This document shows, piece by piece, positions 18,434 to 28,305 of a DNA stretch of 64,000 nucleotides; position 1 is the stretch's first letter, and each line of letters opens with the position of its first letter. Both the position numbers and the translations under genes were made by a program. This DNA comes from Spirochaetia bacterium (GTDB taxonomy: Bacteria; Spirochaetota; Spirochaetia; DSM-16054; Sediminispirochaetaceae). The stretch covers positions 256,001-320,000 of the forward strand of contig JAXHMY010000001.1 in assembly GCA_034520965.1 (NCBI GenBank). The letters are read 5' to 3'. Under the pieces are notes generated by a model, which was not told the DNA's origin, did no database searches, and saw only the letters and a program-made list of their open reading frames with translations.

Positions 18434-19654
18434 ATGCAGTTTCAATATGTGTGCAACGAGTGCGGTAAGGAATACAAGGCTTCGGAGATTATGTACCGCT
18501 GTCCGGCGTGCAACCGCAGCGAGAAGTCGGGGGAGATGCAGAAGGGCAATTTACGGACACTCATAGATCCGGATTACCTAAAGGGCTTGGCAAAACGGGA
18601 GTCGGTTGCACCGTCCGATTTCATGCCCTACCCTATACCCCACACAGCCACTTACCCGGTGGGTAACACCCCGCTTATTGGTCCTAAACGGCTGCGTGGG
18701 AAAAGCGGCTGCAGCGATCTGTGGCTGAAAAACGACGGCATGAACCCCTCGGGCTCCTTCAAAGACAGGGCCAGTCAGCTGGTAGCGGCCCAGGCGCTGC
18801 ATTTCGGCATCTCTACAGTCACCCTGGCATCCACTGGAAATGCCGGCTCGGCCATGGCATGTGCCGGCGCAGCCTACGGACTCGACATTGTGCTGTTCGT
18901 ACCCCACACGGCTCCCGAAAACAAGCTGCTGCAGTCGGTGCTTTATGGTGCCAAGGTGGTACCGATCGAGGACACCTACGATAAGGCTTTCAGCCTCTCC
19001 CTGGAGTTCACCGAGAAATACGGCGGAATCAACCGCAACACCGGCTACAACCCTATGACCATCGAAGGCAAAAAGAGTATCTCCATCGAATTGTTCAACA
19101 ACCTTGGCCGCAGTATTCCGGATGTGATGTACGTTCCGGTGGGGGACGGGGTAATTTACTCCGGTGTCTTCAAGGGTTTCTACGACCTGTATGTTGCCGG
19201 CCTAATCCCCAAACTGCCGAAACTCGTTGCAGTGCAGTCAACTAAGAGTAATGCCATTGCCACTGCATGGAAAACCGGCGACCTGAGTACGATCGACAAG
19301 GCCGCCACCCGGGCCGATTCCATCAGTGTAGCCAGCCCGGCTTGCGGCAGAATGGCGGTAGACTATATTAGTGATAGTGGCGCATGGGCAACTGAAGTGA
19401 GCGACGAAGAGATTACCGCCGCCCAGCTCGAGCTGGCCGCCGAAGCCGGTACCTTTGTCGAACCGGCCGCAGCTGCCGCCTACGCCGGATTCAACGCCGA
19501 CCTGGCCTCCGGGCGTATTAGCCGCGACCAGAAAATTGTGGTACTGCTGACGGGCATCGGTTTCAAGGACATGCTGGCTGTGACAAATGCAGTCTCCGTG
19601 CCGAAGGCCGTACAGCCGAACATGCAGGCGGTGGAAGAGTTTTTGAACAGCTAA
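18434..19654 (+). CDS. Threonine synthase-like PLP enzyme with an N-terminal Zn ribbon
   Basis: CNECG...RCPAC, VGNTPL, NPSGSFKDRAS, ASTGNAG, PVGDG, FVEPAAAAA, LTGIGFKD. Confidence 0.85.
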   Translation: MQFQYVCNECGKEYKASEIMYRCPACNRSEKSGEMQKGNLRTLIDPDYLKGLAKRESVAPSDFMPYPIPHTATYPVGNTPLIGPKRLRGKSGCSDLWLKNDGMNPSGSFKDRASQLVAAQALHFGISTVTLASTGNAGSAMACAGAAYGLDIVLFVPHTAPENKLLQSVLYGAKVVPIEDTYDKAFSLSLEFTEKYGGINRNTGYNPMTIEGKKSISIELFNNLGRSIPDVMYVPVGDGVIYSGVFKGFYDLYVAGLIPKLPKLVAVQSTKSNAIATAWKTGDLSTIDKAATRADSISVASPACGRMAVDYISDSGAWATEVSDEEITAAQLELAAEAGTFVEPAAAAAYAGFNADLASGRISRDQKIVVLLTGIGFKDMLAVTNAVSVPKAVQPNMQAVEEFLNS

Positions 19655-19673
19655 AGCTGTTATTCAGCAAGGC

Positions 19674-20858
19674 CTACAATAGTTCCACAATAATTCCGGC
19701 AAGGACTACCGAGGCGAGAGTAACGGTGGTGAAACCTGCCACCAACATTTTGGGAAGAATTTGCTTTAGCAAAAACTCTTTCTCCTCGTCGTTCTCCGAA
19801 ATCGATTCGGAAACCTCCTGTGAGATGATATAGGTTCCTGGAAAACCGAAGAGACAGGTGGTGCTTATGGCAAGGCTTATCTCCCAGGAGTATTTTACTA
19901 TTTTACTGAGAACAAAAGAGACGGCAATCATTCCGATAAGGGCTATTGCAAAAGCAGTAACAATAGGGATGATAAAAGTGGCAACCATTTGTGGTGTTGC
20001 TTGTGAGAGATTCATAAAAATAGGAACAAGAAGGATAAAAAGCGCGAGTCCCGATGAATTGGCCTTATCCAGTATTTTATGTTCTATAAAGCCAAGTTCG
20101 TAAAAAATTATTCCGAATGCGAGAGCAACTACAAAGGGGTGGATAACCCCGCCGGTAAGCTCGGAGGCCTTTACCGCAAGCCATCCAACCAGGAGTGCCT
20201 TAGCAATACATATAAACGGCGTCTGAAGCGACTTAGGAAGCGGGGGGAAAACCCTCCAGGTAGGAACATCTGGATCCGATGCCGGCGTTATCTCTTTGTT
20301 CTCTGCTGCAGTTATAGTCCCGCAGCGGAACCGGCCTATCAGCCTATTCGATTCCCGTTTAAGACAGTATGAGGCGATGGGAAGACCCACAAAGCTCTGG
20401 AGAACAAGCAGGAGGGTAGCAAATACCGCCAAAGAGTCAAGTCCCTGAGCTCTTACCGCCTCACTCACAATGAGGGTTGCTACAACACCCCCTGAAATAG
20501 GGCCAACGGCGGTTATTGCACGTTCTCGCCCTATAAGCGGACCACCGAAAAGGAAAAGAACTATTGCAAGAGCGGCCAGGGCGGAGATAGCTACAAGGAC
20601 CGACTTCCATTCTTCCCGTAAGTTTCGCAGTTTCATAAAGCTGCCCATATGGACCATCAGCATTGCGATGAGGGCCATAGCTACGGGTATAAGCTGGGAA
20701 TCTTGAAAAAGGGTTTCGGGTATACCTAGCCAGAAACCCAGAAGAAATAGTAGACCACCGACAAACATCATAGAGAAGAGGGCCTTCGTTTTATTCGAGA
20801 CCACATCTCCCACTGCAAACACCATAGCTATAACGAGAATAGCTTCTTCGGTTCCCAT
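19674..20858 (-). CDS. Polytopic membrane protein, putative transporter
   Basis: About 10-12 hydrophobic segments with GGVVA and FGFPG motifs and a central hydrophilic loop. Family not recognised with certainty. Confidence 0.6.
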   Translation of the reverse strand: MGTEEAILVIAMVFAVGDVVSNKTKALFSMMFVGGLLFLLGFWLGIPETLFQDSQLIPVAMALIAMLMVHMGSFMKLRNLREEWKSVLVAISALAALAIVLFLFGGPLIGRERAITAVGPISGGVVATLIVSEAVRAQGLDSLAVFATLLLVLQSFVGLPIASYCLKRESNRLIGRFRCGTITAAENKEITPASDPDVPTWRVFPPLPKSLQTPFICIAKALLVGWLAVKASELTGGVIHPFVVALAFGIIFYELGFIEHKILDKANSSGLALFILLVPIFMNLSQATPQMVATFIIPIVTAFAIALIGMIAVSFVLSKIVKYSWEISLAISTTCLFGFPGTYIISQEVSESISENDEEKEFLLKQILPKMLVAGFTTVTLASVVLAGIIVELL

Positions 20859-21014
20859 TTACCCGCCTCCTATAGTTACAATTCCCTTCTACTGAATAGT
20901 ATTGTCAGTGTTAATAGTATTTTACAAGCTTAGATAATATTTATCTTGGCGTTGTGGGTTTGGGAAGCTATGTTTATAATTAGGATTATAGCTTTTAGCT
21001 GAAAGGTTGATTTT

Positions 21015-23709
21015 ATGTCAAAAAAGATTCTTCTCGTAGAAGACGAGGCCCTCATTGCCATGAATGAAGCCCGGATGCTCGAAAAGCACGGCTATGAGGT
21101 TGTTACCGTCTATAACGGCGAGAAGGCTATCGAGGCGGTAGACTCGGACCCCGCTATTTCCCTCATTTTAATGGACGTTAACCTGGAAATGGGTATAGAC
21201 GGGACCGAGGCGGCCGAGCGGATACTGGAGAAACACGACCTGCCGGTGGTTTTTTTATCGTCACACACCGACCCTGAAACGGTAGAAAAAACCGAAGGGA
21301 TATCTTCTTACGGATACGTGGTAAAAAACTCCAGCATCACGGTGCTGGATGCTTCCATCAAGATGGCTTTCAGGCTCTACAACGCCCATCTGGAGCTGAA
21401 AACACAGAAACGGAACCTCAATACCGCGTTGACAAAGTATGAACAGACTGCAGAAGAGCTCTACGAAAGTGAACAAAAATACCGCTTCCTTGCGGACAAT
21501 GTGCAGGATATTGTGTGGCTTCGGGATTTGGGCAGTGAGCTTCCCACATATGTGAGTCCCTCGATAGAGAAAATAATCGGTTACACGCCGGAAGAGGTGC
21601 TTTCCATGGGGGCACAAAACATTCACACCAAGGAGTCCTACGACCGGCAAAGAGTATTATACAAGGAGCTGGTTGATAAGAAATTGACCACCTGCGGCCC
21701 GGTCGAACATGAGGTCATCCATAAAGACGGCCATACGGTCCCAATAGAGGTGAATCCCACCCTCATTTGGGATGAAGCAGATATACCGTCAAGAGTCGTG
21801 AGCGTAGCACGTGACATCTCTACACGCAAACAGGCAGAGGATGCGCTTCGGGAGAACAGCAAGACCGCGCATCAGTTCTTCTCTGAATCTGCAGCTGGCG
21901 CCTTTTTTATGATGCTCGATGAACCGATTGAGTGGAACGACTCTGTGGACAAAGAAAAAGTCCTCGATTATGTCTTTGACCATCAACGCATAAGCCAAAT
22001 TAATAAAGCAATGCTTGACCAGTATTTAGCTCGGGAAGAAGAGTTTCTCGGGAAGACACCCGAGCAACTGTTTGCCCATGAAGTGGAACATGGTCGCTCA
22101 CTTTGGTGGAAAATGTTTGATCAGGGATTTCTCAGTATTGACTCGAACGAACGCAGATTCGATGGAAGTCAGTTATGGATTGTGGGCAGCTACCGCTGCA
22201 TGTATGACGAGCAGGGAAGAATTACCGGACACTTCGGAACCCAGCACGATATTACCGAACTAAAGCAGGCCGAAGAAAAATTGCGTTTGAAATCCAGTTT
22301 CATAGATCGCATAGCAGAAGTATCTCCCGACCTCTTCATTATCTACAAAAGAGATGGCGAGTATATGGATATAATCACCGCTAACAAAGATAATTTGTTT
22401 TTAAAGAGAGAAGAGTTGTTAGGAAGTAAAATCCCTGAAGTTCTACCTGAGACAGCTGCTGCTACCATCATGCAAGGTATTGATGATGCACTCACGACTA
22501 ATTCACTTAAAGTAGTAGAGTATGAACTCGGAATAGATAATCAGATATTTGATTTTGAAGCTCGTATAACACCATTAGAAGAGGATAGAGTACTTGCGCA
22601 AATTATTGATATTACAGAACGTAAACAACTCGAAGACCAATTGAAGAAAAATGAGGAACGCTTTAAGACAATTTTTTATAACTCTGAAGTATCCCTTTGG
22701 GAGGAAGATTTCTCAGAGGTAAGGAAGATAATAGACGGCTTAAAAAAAGAGGGAGTAAAAGATTTTTATCGCTATTTTGATAACAATCCCGATGTTGTAT
22801 GGGACTTAGCGAAAAAAATCGATGTAATAGATATAAACGATGCGACTCTCAAGCTCTACGGTGCGGATTCAAAAGAAGTGATGCTGGGGTCTCTCGATAA
22901 AACGTTATATCTAACTGAGAATACTTACGAGCTTCTTAGAGATGAGTTTGTGGCAATAGCCGAAAAGAGAACAAGTGTCAAGGGAGAAATGAGAACAAGA
23001 ACTCTTTATGGGGAAGTCCGCGATATTACAATGGGGGTGTATATATCCAAAGAGAAAGATATAAAGGTAGTTGCTATTAATGACATAACGCCATATAAAA
23101 ATGCCTTAAAAGAAAAAGACTTCCTCATGAGAGAACTCAACCACAGGGTAAAAAACAATCTCAACATGGTCTCCTCACTTATCAGTTTAAAAGATGTGGA
23201 AATCGATTATGATCTATCCGATTTAAAAAACCGAATAGATGCTATTCGTTTGGTCCATGAGAAACTCCATCAGTCCGGAGAAGTTGAACAGATTAAGGCG
23301 AACGAATATACTTACGAAATTCTGGAATCTGTATTCTCTTCTTTTTCCGACCGAGAGGTGGCTGTAGTAAGTACCGTTGAAAATATAAACCTTAAGCCGA
23401 AAACTCTCGTGCCTTTAGGTATAGTGATAAACGAGATAGCGACAAACGCAGTAAAATATGGCTTTACCGATACTGAAGAAGCCCGGTTCTCTGTAGCAGT
23501 ATGAGAAAAGCGACTCCGATGGTAAGCACTATATCCTCACCCTTTCGAATACCGGTAATCCATTTCCTGAAGAGATAGGACTGGAAAGTCCGGAAACAAT
23601 GGGTCTACAGTTGGTATCTACCTTGGTAGCTCAGTTGAACGGTAGCATAGAACTGCAGAAATCTCCAAATCCGGTCTTCACTATAATATTCCCGACAGGC
23701 GAGGAATAG
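21015..23709 (+). CDS. Hybrid sensor kinase REC-PAS(n)-HisKA_2-HATPase (frameshift near 23500)
   Basis: N-terminal REC (LLVEDE, LMDVNL), several PAS/PAC repeats (DISTRK, DITELK, DITERK), H-box ELNHRVKNNL, N-box NEIATNAVKYG. After the TGA at 23504 the ATP-lid region (LSNTGNPFP...MGLQLV...QLNGSIEL...FPTGEE*) continues in a shifted frame to 23709. Confidence 0.85.
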
Positions 23710-23743
23710 AAAATGCAGCTATTCGCTTTTGAGTAAACCTACT

Positions 23744-26700
23744 ATGTCGAAAAAAATTCTTCTCGTCGAAGACGAAGCCCTCATTGCCATGTCGGAGGCT
23801 CAAATGCTCAAAAAGCACGGGTTTGAGGTGGTAAGCGTCTATAACGGCGAGAAGGCTGTAGAAGCGATAGACTCAGACCCTGATATTTCCCTCATTTTAA
23901 TGGACATCGACCTCGGGAAGGGAATGGACGGAACTGACGCGGCCGAGGAGATACTGGAGAAAAAGGATATCCCGATTGTCTTTTTATCCTCCCATACCGA
24001 AGCGGAGGTGGTGGAGAAGACCGAGGGAATTACCTCTTACGGATACATAGTTAAAAACTCGGGAGAGACGGTGCTCCTCGCCTCGATACGAATGGCCTTT
24101 CGCCTCTGGGAAAGCGAAGACAAGTATCATTCGGTATTCAAAACCACCATGGATGCAATACTACTTGTCGACAAAGAAACCGGGCGCATTATCGATGCCA
24201 ACCCCGCCGCCGAGAAGATGTACGGATATACCAGGGAGGAGCTGTTACATCTAAAGCCGTGGGATATGTCGGCGGAGCCTGAAGATACCCGCGTAATGAT
24301 ACAAGAGTTCGAAAGTGATAATTTTACTGTCAATGAACGGATACACACACGGAGGGACGGAACTCCCTTTAATGTAGAAATCTGTGCAAGCCAATTTACG
24401 ATGGGGGAGAGACAAATAAGACTCGGTACCCTGCACGATATATCCGAACGCAAGAGAATAGAAGCGGAGCTGCGGCAAAGTGAAGAACGTGCAAGAGCGG
24501 TAATAGAGACAGCGGAGGACTCCATATTTATAAAAGACAAGAGCGGAGTATATACCATGGTCAACCCCGCTATGGAAAAGCTCTTCGGACGTGAAGCTCA
24601 AGATATACTGGGAAAAACCGACTATGGACTCTTTGGAGAAGAAGCCGGTAAGGCTGTGAGTAAAGCCGATAAGGACGTCTACGAGGGAAAGACCCTTGAA
24701 GAGTTTCCTGCTAAACCCATTAATGGTACCCCGCATACATTCCACACCATCAAAGTCCCCCTGCATGACTTTGAAGACAACATTACAGGTCTTTGTGGAA
24801 TCGCACGCGATATTACCGAGCGCACGCAGGCCGAAGAGCTATTGAAAAAGCGTAACGCACGGCTCCATAAAATAAACCAGTATTCAATAGAACTCGGCTT
24901 TCTACGCTACGACGAGCTGTACCCCTATATTGTAAAAAAGCTCAAGGACATTTTCAAAACGAGCACGGCATGGGTAAGCGAGTACGATGAAAAGACTTCT
25001 CATCTGGTTGTGAAATCCACATCGTTGTCGGATAAAGAGAACTCCTGGGTTGTGAAAAAGCTCGGAGAAAAGGTGATAGGTTACAAAACACGGGTTAATG
25101 AAGAGCACTACAAAATGATGAGAAATGTTAAGGTGGGCAAGCCCCAAACTCTTTATGAGATCTCTTTTGGTGCGATACCGGAAAACATTGCCATATTAAT
25201 CGAAAAAGGATTACACCTGGAGTGGTTTATGACGGTGGCCTTTATAAACAAAGATACAATATCCGGGACGGCAGTCATTGCGGGCAAGCCCGGGGAGGAA
25301 GCTCCCAACAGAGAAGAAATTCTGGCATTTGCGGGTATTACCGGCGAAGTAATTAGGCGTAAGCGGGCCGAAGAGAAACTCGCGGCAAAGAAAGAGCTTT
25401 TAGAAAACATCACGGTCAATATGTTTGACTTGGTCGCCTTAACTGATATAGATGGCACGTATACATTTATCAGTAAATCCCACAGCGGTTTAGGATACGA
25501 TATCACCCATCTATTAGGAAAAAGCGTTTTTGCGTATATCCATCCCGAAGATATTACTCAAGTAAAAGCTTCCTTCAATAGAATTATGCGGAGTGATGAA
25601 ACGGAGGGGAAAGAAGAGTTCCGGTATCGCGGTGCGGACGGCAGTTATATATGGTTGGAGAGCGTAGGGAAAAAACTTCTCGGAGAGGAGGGAGAGGTAA
25701 AGGAACTGCTTTTCAGCTCCAGAGATATTACCGAACGAAAAGAGGCGGAAAGAGAAAACTTTGAGAGGAAGCAATATCTAGAGGTAATCCTCAATACTAC
25801 TCCGAGTGCTATAGTTACTTTGGACAGCGATAACAGAATAAGCGAGTGGAACAAAGGTGCGGAAGACCTGTTCGGCTATACAAAGGAAGAGGTGGTCGGG
25901 AAAAGAATTGATGACTTGATTACCGGCAAAGACGAGGAAATCCATAAGAACGCGAGTACAATAACGAATAAGGTGCAAGCTGGAGAAACCATTCCTCCTA
26001 CCGAAGGCGTACGATATACCAGGGAGGGAGCTCTTAGAGACGTCATAATTGCCGGCTCGCCTATAATGGTAGACAATACGTTTCAGGGAAGTATTGGAAC
26101 ATATATTGATATTACTCCACTTAAACAAAAAGAAAATAGAGTTCAAGAGTTGCTTAAAGAAAAAGAGCAGCTATTGAGAGAAGTACACCATCGAATAAAA
26201 AACCACATGAATACTATTGCTGCAATCATTTCTTTACGCAAGAGCCACGTCTCTGATTCACCTATAAACGCAGTCCTTGATGAGTTACACAATAAAATTC
26301 GCCTCATGCAAAATATTTATCAGACACTTTATACCGGGAATGAAGTTGGCACCATTCATATCAACTCCTTTTTAGGACAGCTCCTTTATGATATCCAATC
26401 TACCTACATCAAAGAGCCGTCAATACAAATAAAAACCGATATTGAAGATATAGAAGTCACGTCCAAACAATCCTTGCCCATCGGCATTATAGTAACCGAA
26501 CTCATAACCAATGCCATCAAATGCGCCTTTGAAGGCCGGGAAGAGGGAACGATATCAATCTCAATCAATAAAACGGATGAAGACTGGCTCAAAATACAAG
26601 TAGCAGATAATGGAACCGGCCTTTCAGATATGATTATAGAAAACAAGTCCTATGGTTTTGGTCTTACGCTTGTAGACGGGTATGTAAGACAATATGATGG

Positions 26701-26764
26701 GGAGATGAGTATTGATAACTCTCACGGTACGAATATAACTATTACTATGAATGTAGAGGAGTAA
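23744..26764 (+). CDS. Hybrid sensor kinase REC-PAS(n)-HisKA_2-HATPase
   Basis: REC nearly identical to the upstream paralog, at least 4 PAS/PAC domains, EVHHRIKNHM, ELITNAIK, DNGTG, GFGL. ATG at 23744 matches the paralog start MSKKILLVEDE. Confidence 0.9.
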   Translation: MSKKILLVEDEALIAMSEAQMLKKHGFEVVSVYNGEKAVEAIDSDPDISLILMDIDLGKGMDGTDAAEEILEKKDIPIVFLSSHTEAEVVEKTEGITSYGYIVKNSGETVLLASIRMAFRLWESEDKYHSVFKTTMDAILLVDKETGRIIDANPAAEKMYGYTREELLHLKPWDMSAEPEDTRVMIQEFESDNFTVNERIHTRRDGTPFNVEICASQFTMGERQIRLGTLHDISERKRIEAELRQSEERARAVIETAEDSIFIKDKSGVYTMVNPAMEKLFGREAQDILGKTDYGLFGEEAGKAVSKADKDVYEGKTLEEFPAKPINGTPHTFHTIKVPLHDFEDNITGLCGIARDITERTQAEELLKKRNARLHKINQYSIELGFLRYDELYPYIVKKLKDIFKTSTAWVSEYDEKTSHLVVKSTSLSDKENSWVVKKLGEKVIGYKTRVNEEHYKMMRNVKVGKPQTLYEISFGAIPENIAILIEKGLHLEWFMTVAFINKDTISGTAVIAGKPGEEAPNREEILAFAGITGEVIRRKRAEEKLAAKKELLENITVNMFDLVALTDIDGTYTFISKSHSGLGYDITHLLGKSVFAYIHPEDITQVKASFNRIMRSDETEGKEEFRYRGADGSYIWLESVGKKLLGEEGEVKELLFSSRDITERKEAERENFERKQYLEVILNTTPSAIVTLDSDNRISEWNKGAEDLFGYTKEEVVGKRIDDLITGKDEEIHKNASTITNKVQAGETIPPTEGVRYTREGALRDVIIAGSPIMVDNTFQGSIGTYIDITPLKQKENRVQELLKEKEQLLREVHHRIKNHMNTIAAIISLRKSHVSDSPINAVLDELHNKIRLMQNIYQTLYTGNEVGTIHINSFLGQLLYDIQSTYIKEPSIQIKTDIEDIEVTSKQSLPIGIIVTELITNAIKCAFEGREEGTISISINKTDEDWLKIQVADNGTGLSDMIIENKSYGFGLTLVDGYVRQYDGEMSIDNSHGTNITITMNVEE

Positions 26765-26784
26765 TCGAGGAACGGCACTTCCGT

Positions 26785-27186
26785 TTATTCCCACCAATCT
26801 TCGACCTGCAAATCCGGTACCCTGTAGAACTCCCGTGTGTTGTGGGTAACGACCGTGAGGCCAAGTGACCGGGCTGTCGCAGCGATCTGCAGGTCTCGTT
26901 CGCTTATCGGGACACCCCGCTGCTCGAGTGTCACCCGTATGTCGGCATAATGATCTGCCGCTTCTATGTCCATGGGAAGGACTTCGATATTGGAAGTGAT
27001 TGCGCTGAACTTTTTATCTCTTTCCTTGCGTCTCTCCTTCGATTTGTTAATCCCGTAGCGTATCTCTGCATATGTGATGAGGGTAATTGCGAGGTCACAC
27101 GGTCTTTTCATTTGTATTCGGGGGAGGATATGGGGATCTGCCCGCATCCAGTAGCTGACTATATTGGTGTCGAGAATATACCTCAC
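26785..27186 (-). CDS. vapC: VapC PIN-domain toxin
   Basis: YILDTNIVS, AEIRYG, DLQIAATA, VTHNTREF..V..L..EDW. Start overlaps the antitoxin stop. Confidence 0.92.
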   Translation of the reverse strand: MRYILDTNIVSYWMRADPHILPRIQMKRPCDLAITLITYAEIRYGINKSKERRKERDKKFSAITSNIEVLPMDIEAADHYADIRVTLEQRGVPISERDLQIAATARSLGLTVVTHNTREFYRVPDLQVEDWWE

Positions 27187-27428
27187 ACCCGCTCCTCAAT
27201 ATCAACCGGTGAGCTCGAAAGTGGTTCCGGGATGGGAAAAGCTTCGTCCTTATCTTTCTCGAATAACTGCCAGAAACCGAACGGCCACTCTTCCTGCTCG
27301 ACGGGTTCGAGGATTACTCGGCTCCCCTCTTTCCATATTCTTACCTCATCTCCGTCAAAGCGATACTGTCGCGGAATTCGCACTGCCTGTGAACGTCCGT
27401 TTTTGAAGACTTTTGCCCTGTCCACCAT
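27183..27428 (-). CDS. vapB: VapB antitoxin (AbrB/MazE fold)
   Basis: AKVFKNGRSQAVRIPRQYRF. Upstream of vapC. Start at MVDRAK after an AAGGA RBS (alternative 27443). Confidence 0.92.
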   Translation of the reverse strand: MVDRAKVFKNGRSQAVRIPRQYRFDGDEVRIWKEGSRVILEPVEQEEWPFGFWQLFEKDKDEAFPIPEPLSSSPVDIEERV

Positions 27429-27449
27429 TTTTATCCTTCCCATTTTTGT

Positions 27450-27471
27450 TGATATATACCAGTATATATCA
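27450..27471. promoter_or_regulatory. Putative vapBC autoregulatory operator
   Basis: Perfect 10-bp inverted repeat TGATATATAC-CA-GTATATATCA just upstream of vapB. Confidence 0.7.
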
Positions 27472-27589
27472 TATCTTGGTCAATGTCAATCGCTCCGAAC
27501 GTTATAGCCCCTTATGTCTAAATGAAGGAGAAAACTGCGGAGATATCGTACTTCTCGCTTGAATATTCGTATTGACTCTCTGATTATTC

Positions 27590-28090
27590 AACGACAAAAC
27601 CATCCGCTCCTACATTGATATCCTGACCTCTACCTACATGGTCCGCCAGGTACAGCCATGGCACGCAAACCTGAAAAAGCGTCAGGTTAAATCGCCGAAA
27701 ATCTATGTTTCGGATACCGCAGCGATTCTCAATTTGGAAGTCTTCTGACTTCCAAATTGAGAATTCACATCAAATTCTTTGCGGAAATTTTTATATATCT
27801 TAACTTTTGGAGGCATTCTCAATTTGGATAGTGTAATTACACTATCCAAATTGCTGCTGATACCGGTCTTCTTCATCATTTACTAGGGCTCAGTGACATG
27901 GAGGACCTCTTGGGTCATCCTCAATTGGGCGCCTCCTGGGAGAGCTTTGTAATAGAACAAATACTGCGAAACATTCCCGCTCTTGTTCCCTACTTTTGGT
28001 CAACTTACAGCGGAACGGAGCTGGACTTTTTTGCATCCCATCGGGGAAAAAACATCGGTGTGGAATGCACGTTTACCGAGACACCTTGGC
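27590..28090 (+). pseudogene. Relic of a COG1373/DUF4143 AAA-ATPase gene (C-terminal part), interrupted by an insertion
   Basis: Translates as ..NDKTIRSYIDILTSTYMVRQVQPWHANLKKRQVKSPKIYVSDT, then a ~140-bp insert, then DTGLLHHLLG...GHPQLGASWESFVIEQI...YFWSTYSGTELDF...GVEC. No start and no Walker A region. Confidence 0.8.
27713..27865. mobile_element. Small non-coding (MITE-like) insertion with two long palindromes and a 7-bp flanking direct repeat
   Basis: GATACCG at 27713-27719 and 27859-27865. Internal 18-bp inverted repeat with a 4-nt loop (27725-27764) and a perfect 34-bp palindrome (27820-27853). Confidence 0.6.
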
Positions 28091-28305
28091 CGTGTTTTCC
28101 CGCTCGCTTGGAAACAATATTCTTGAGAGGTCCCTGAATTTTTCCTTCAAATCTTCGATAACCACTTTGATTTCATGTTTATTGCTCTATCTTCTATGCT
28201 GCAAAAATCTATATGTTGAGCTTAAGTTTACCCGAGCCTCTGCAATTTTCACTATTACTCTCCTTGAAGTGAGTAAAAATTTTTCCTATTATTAATTGTA
28301 CGCTT

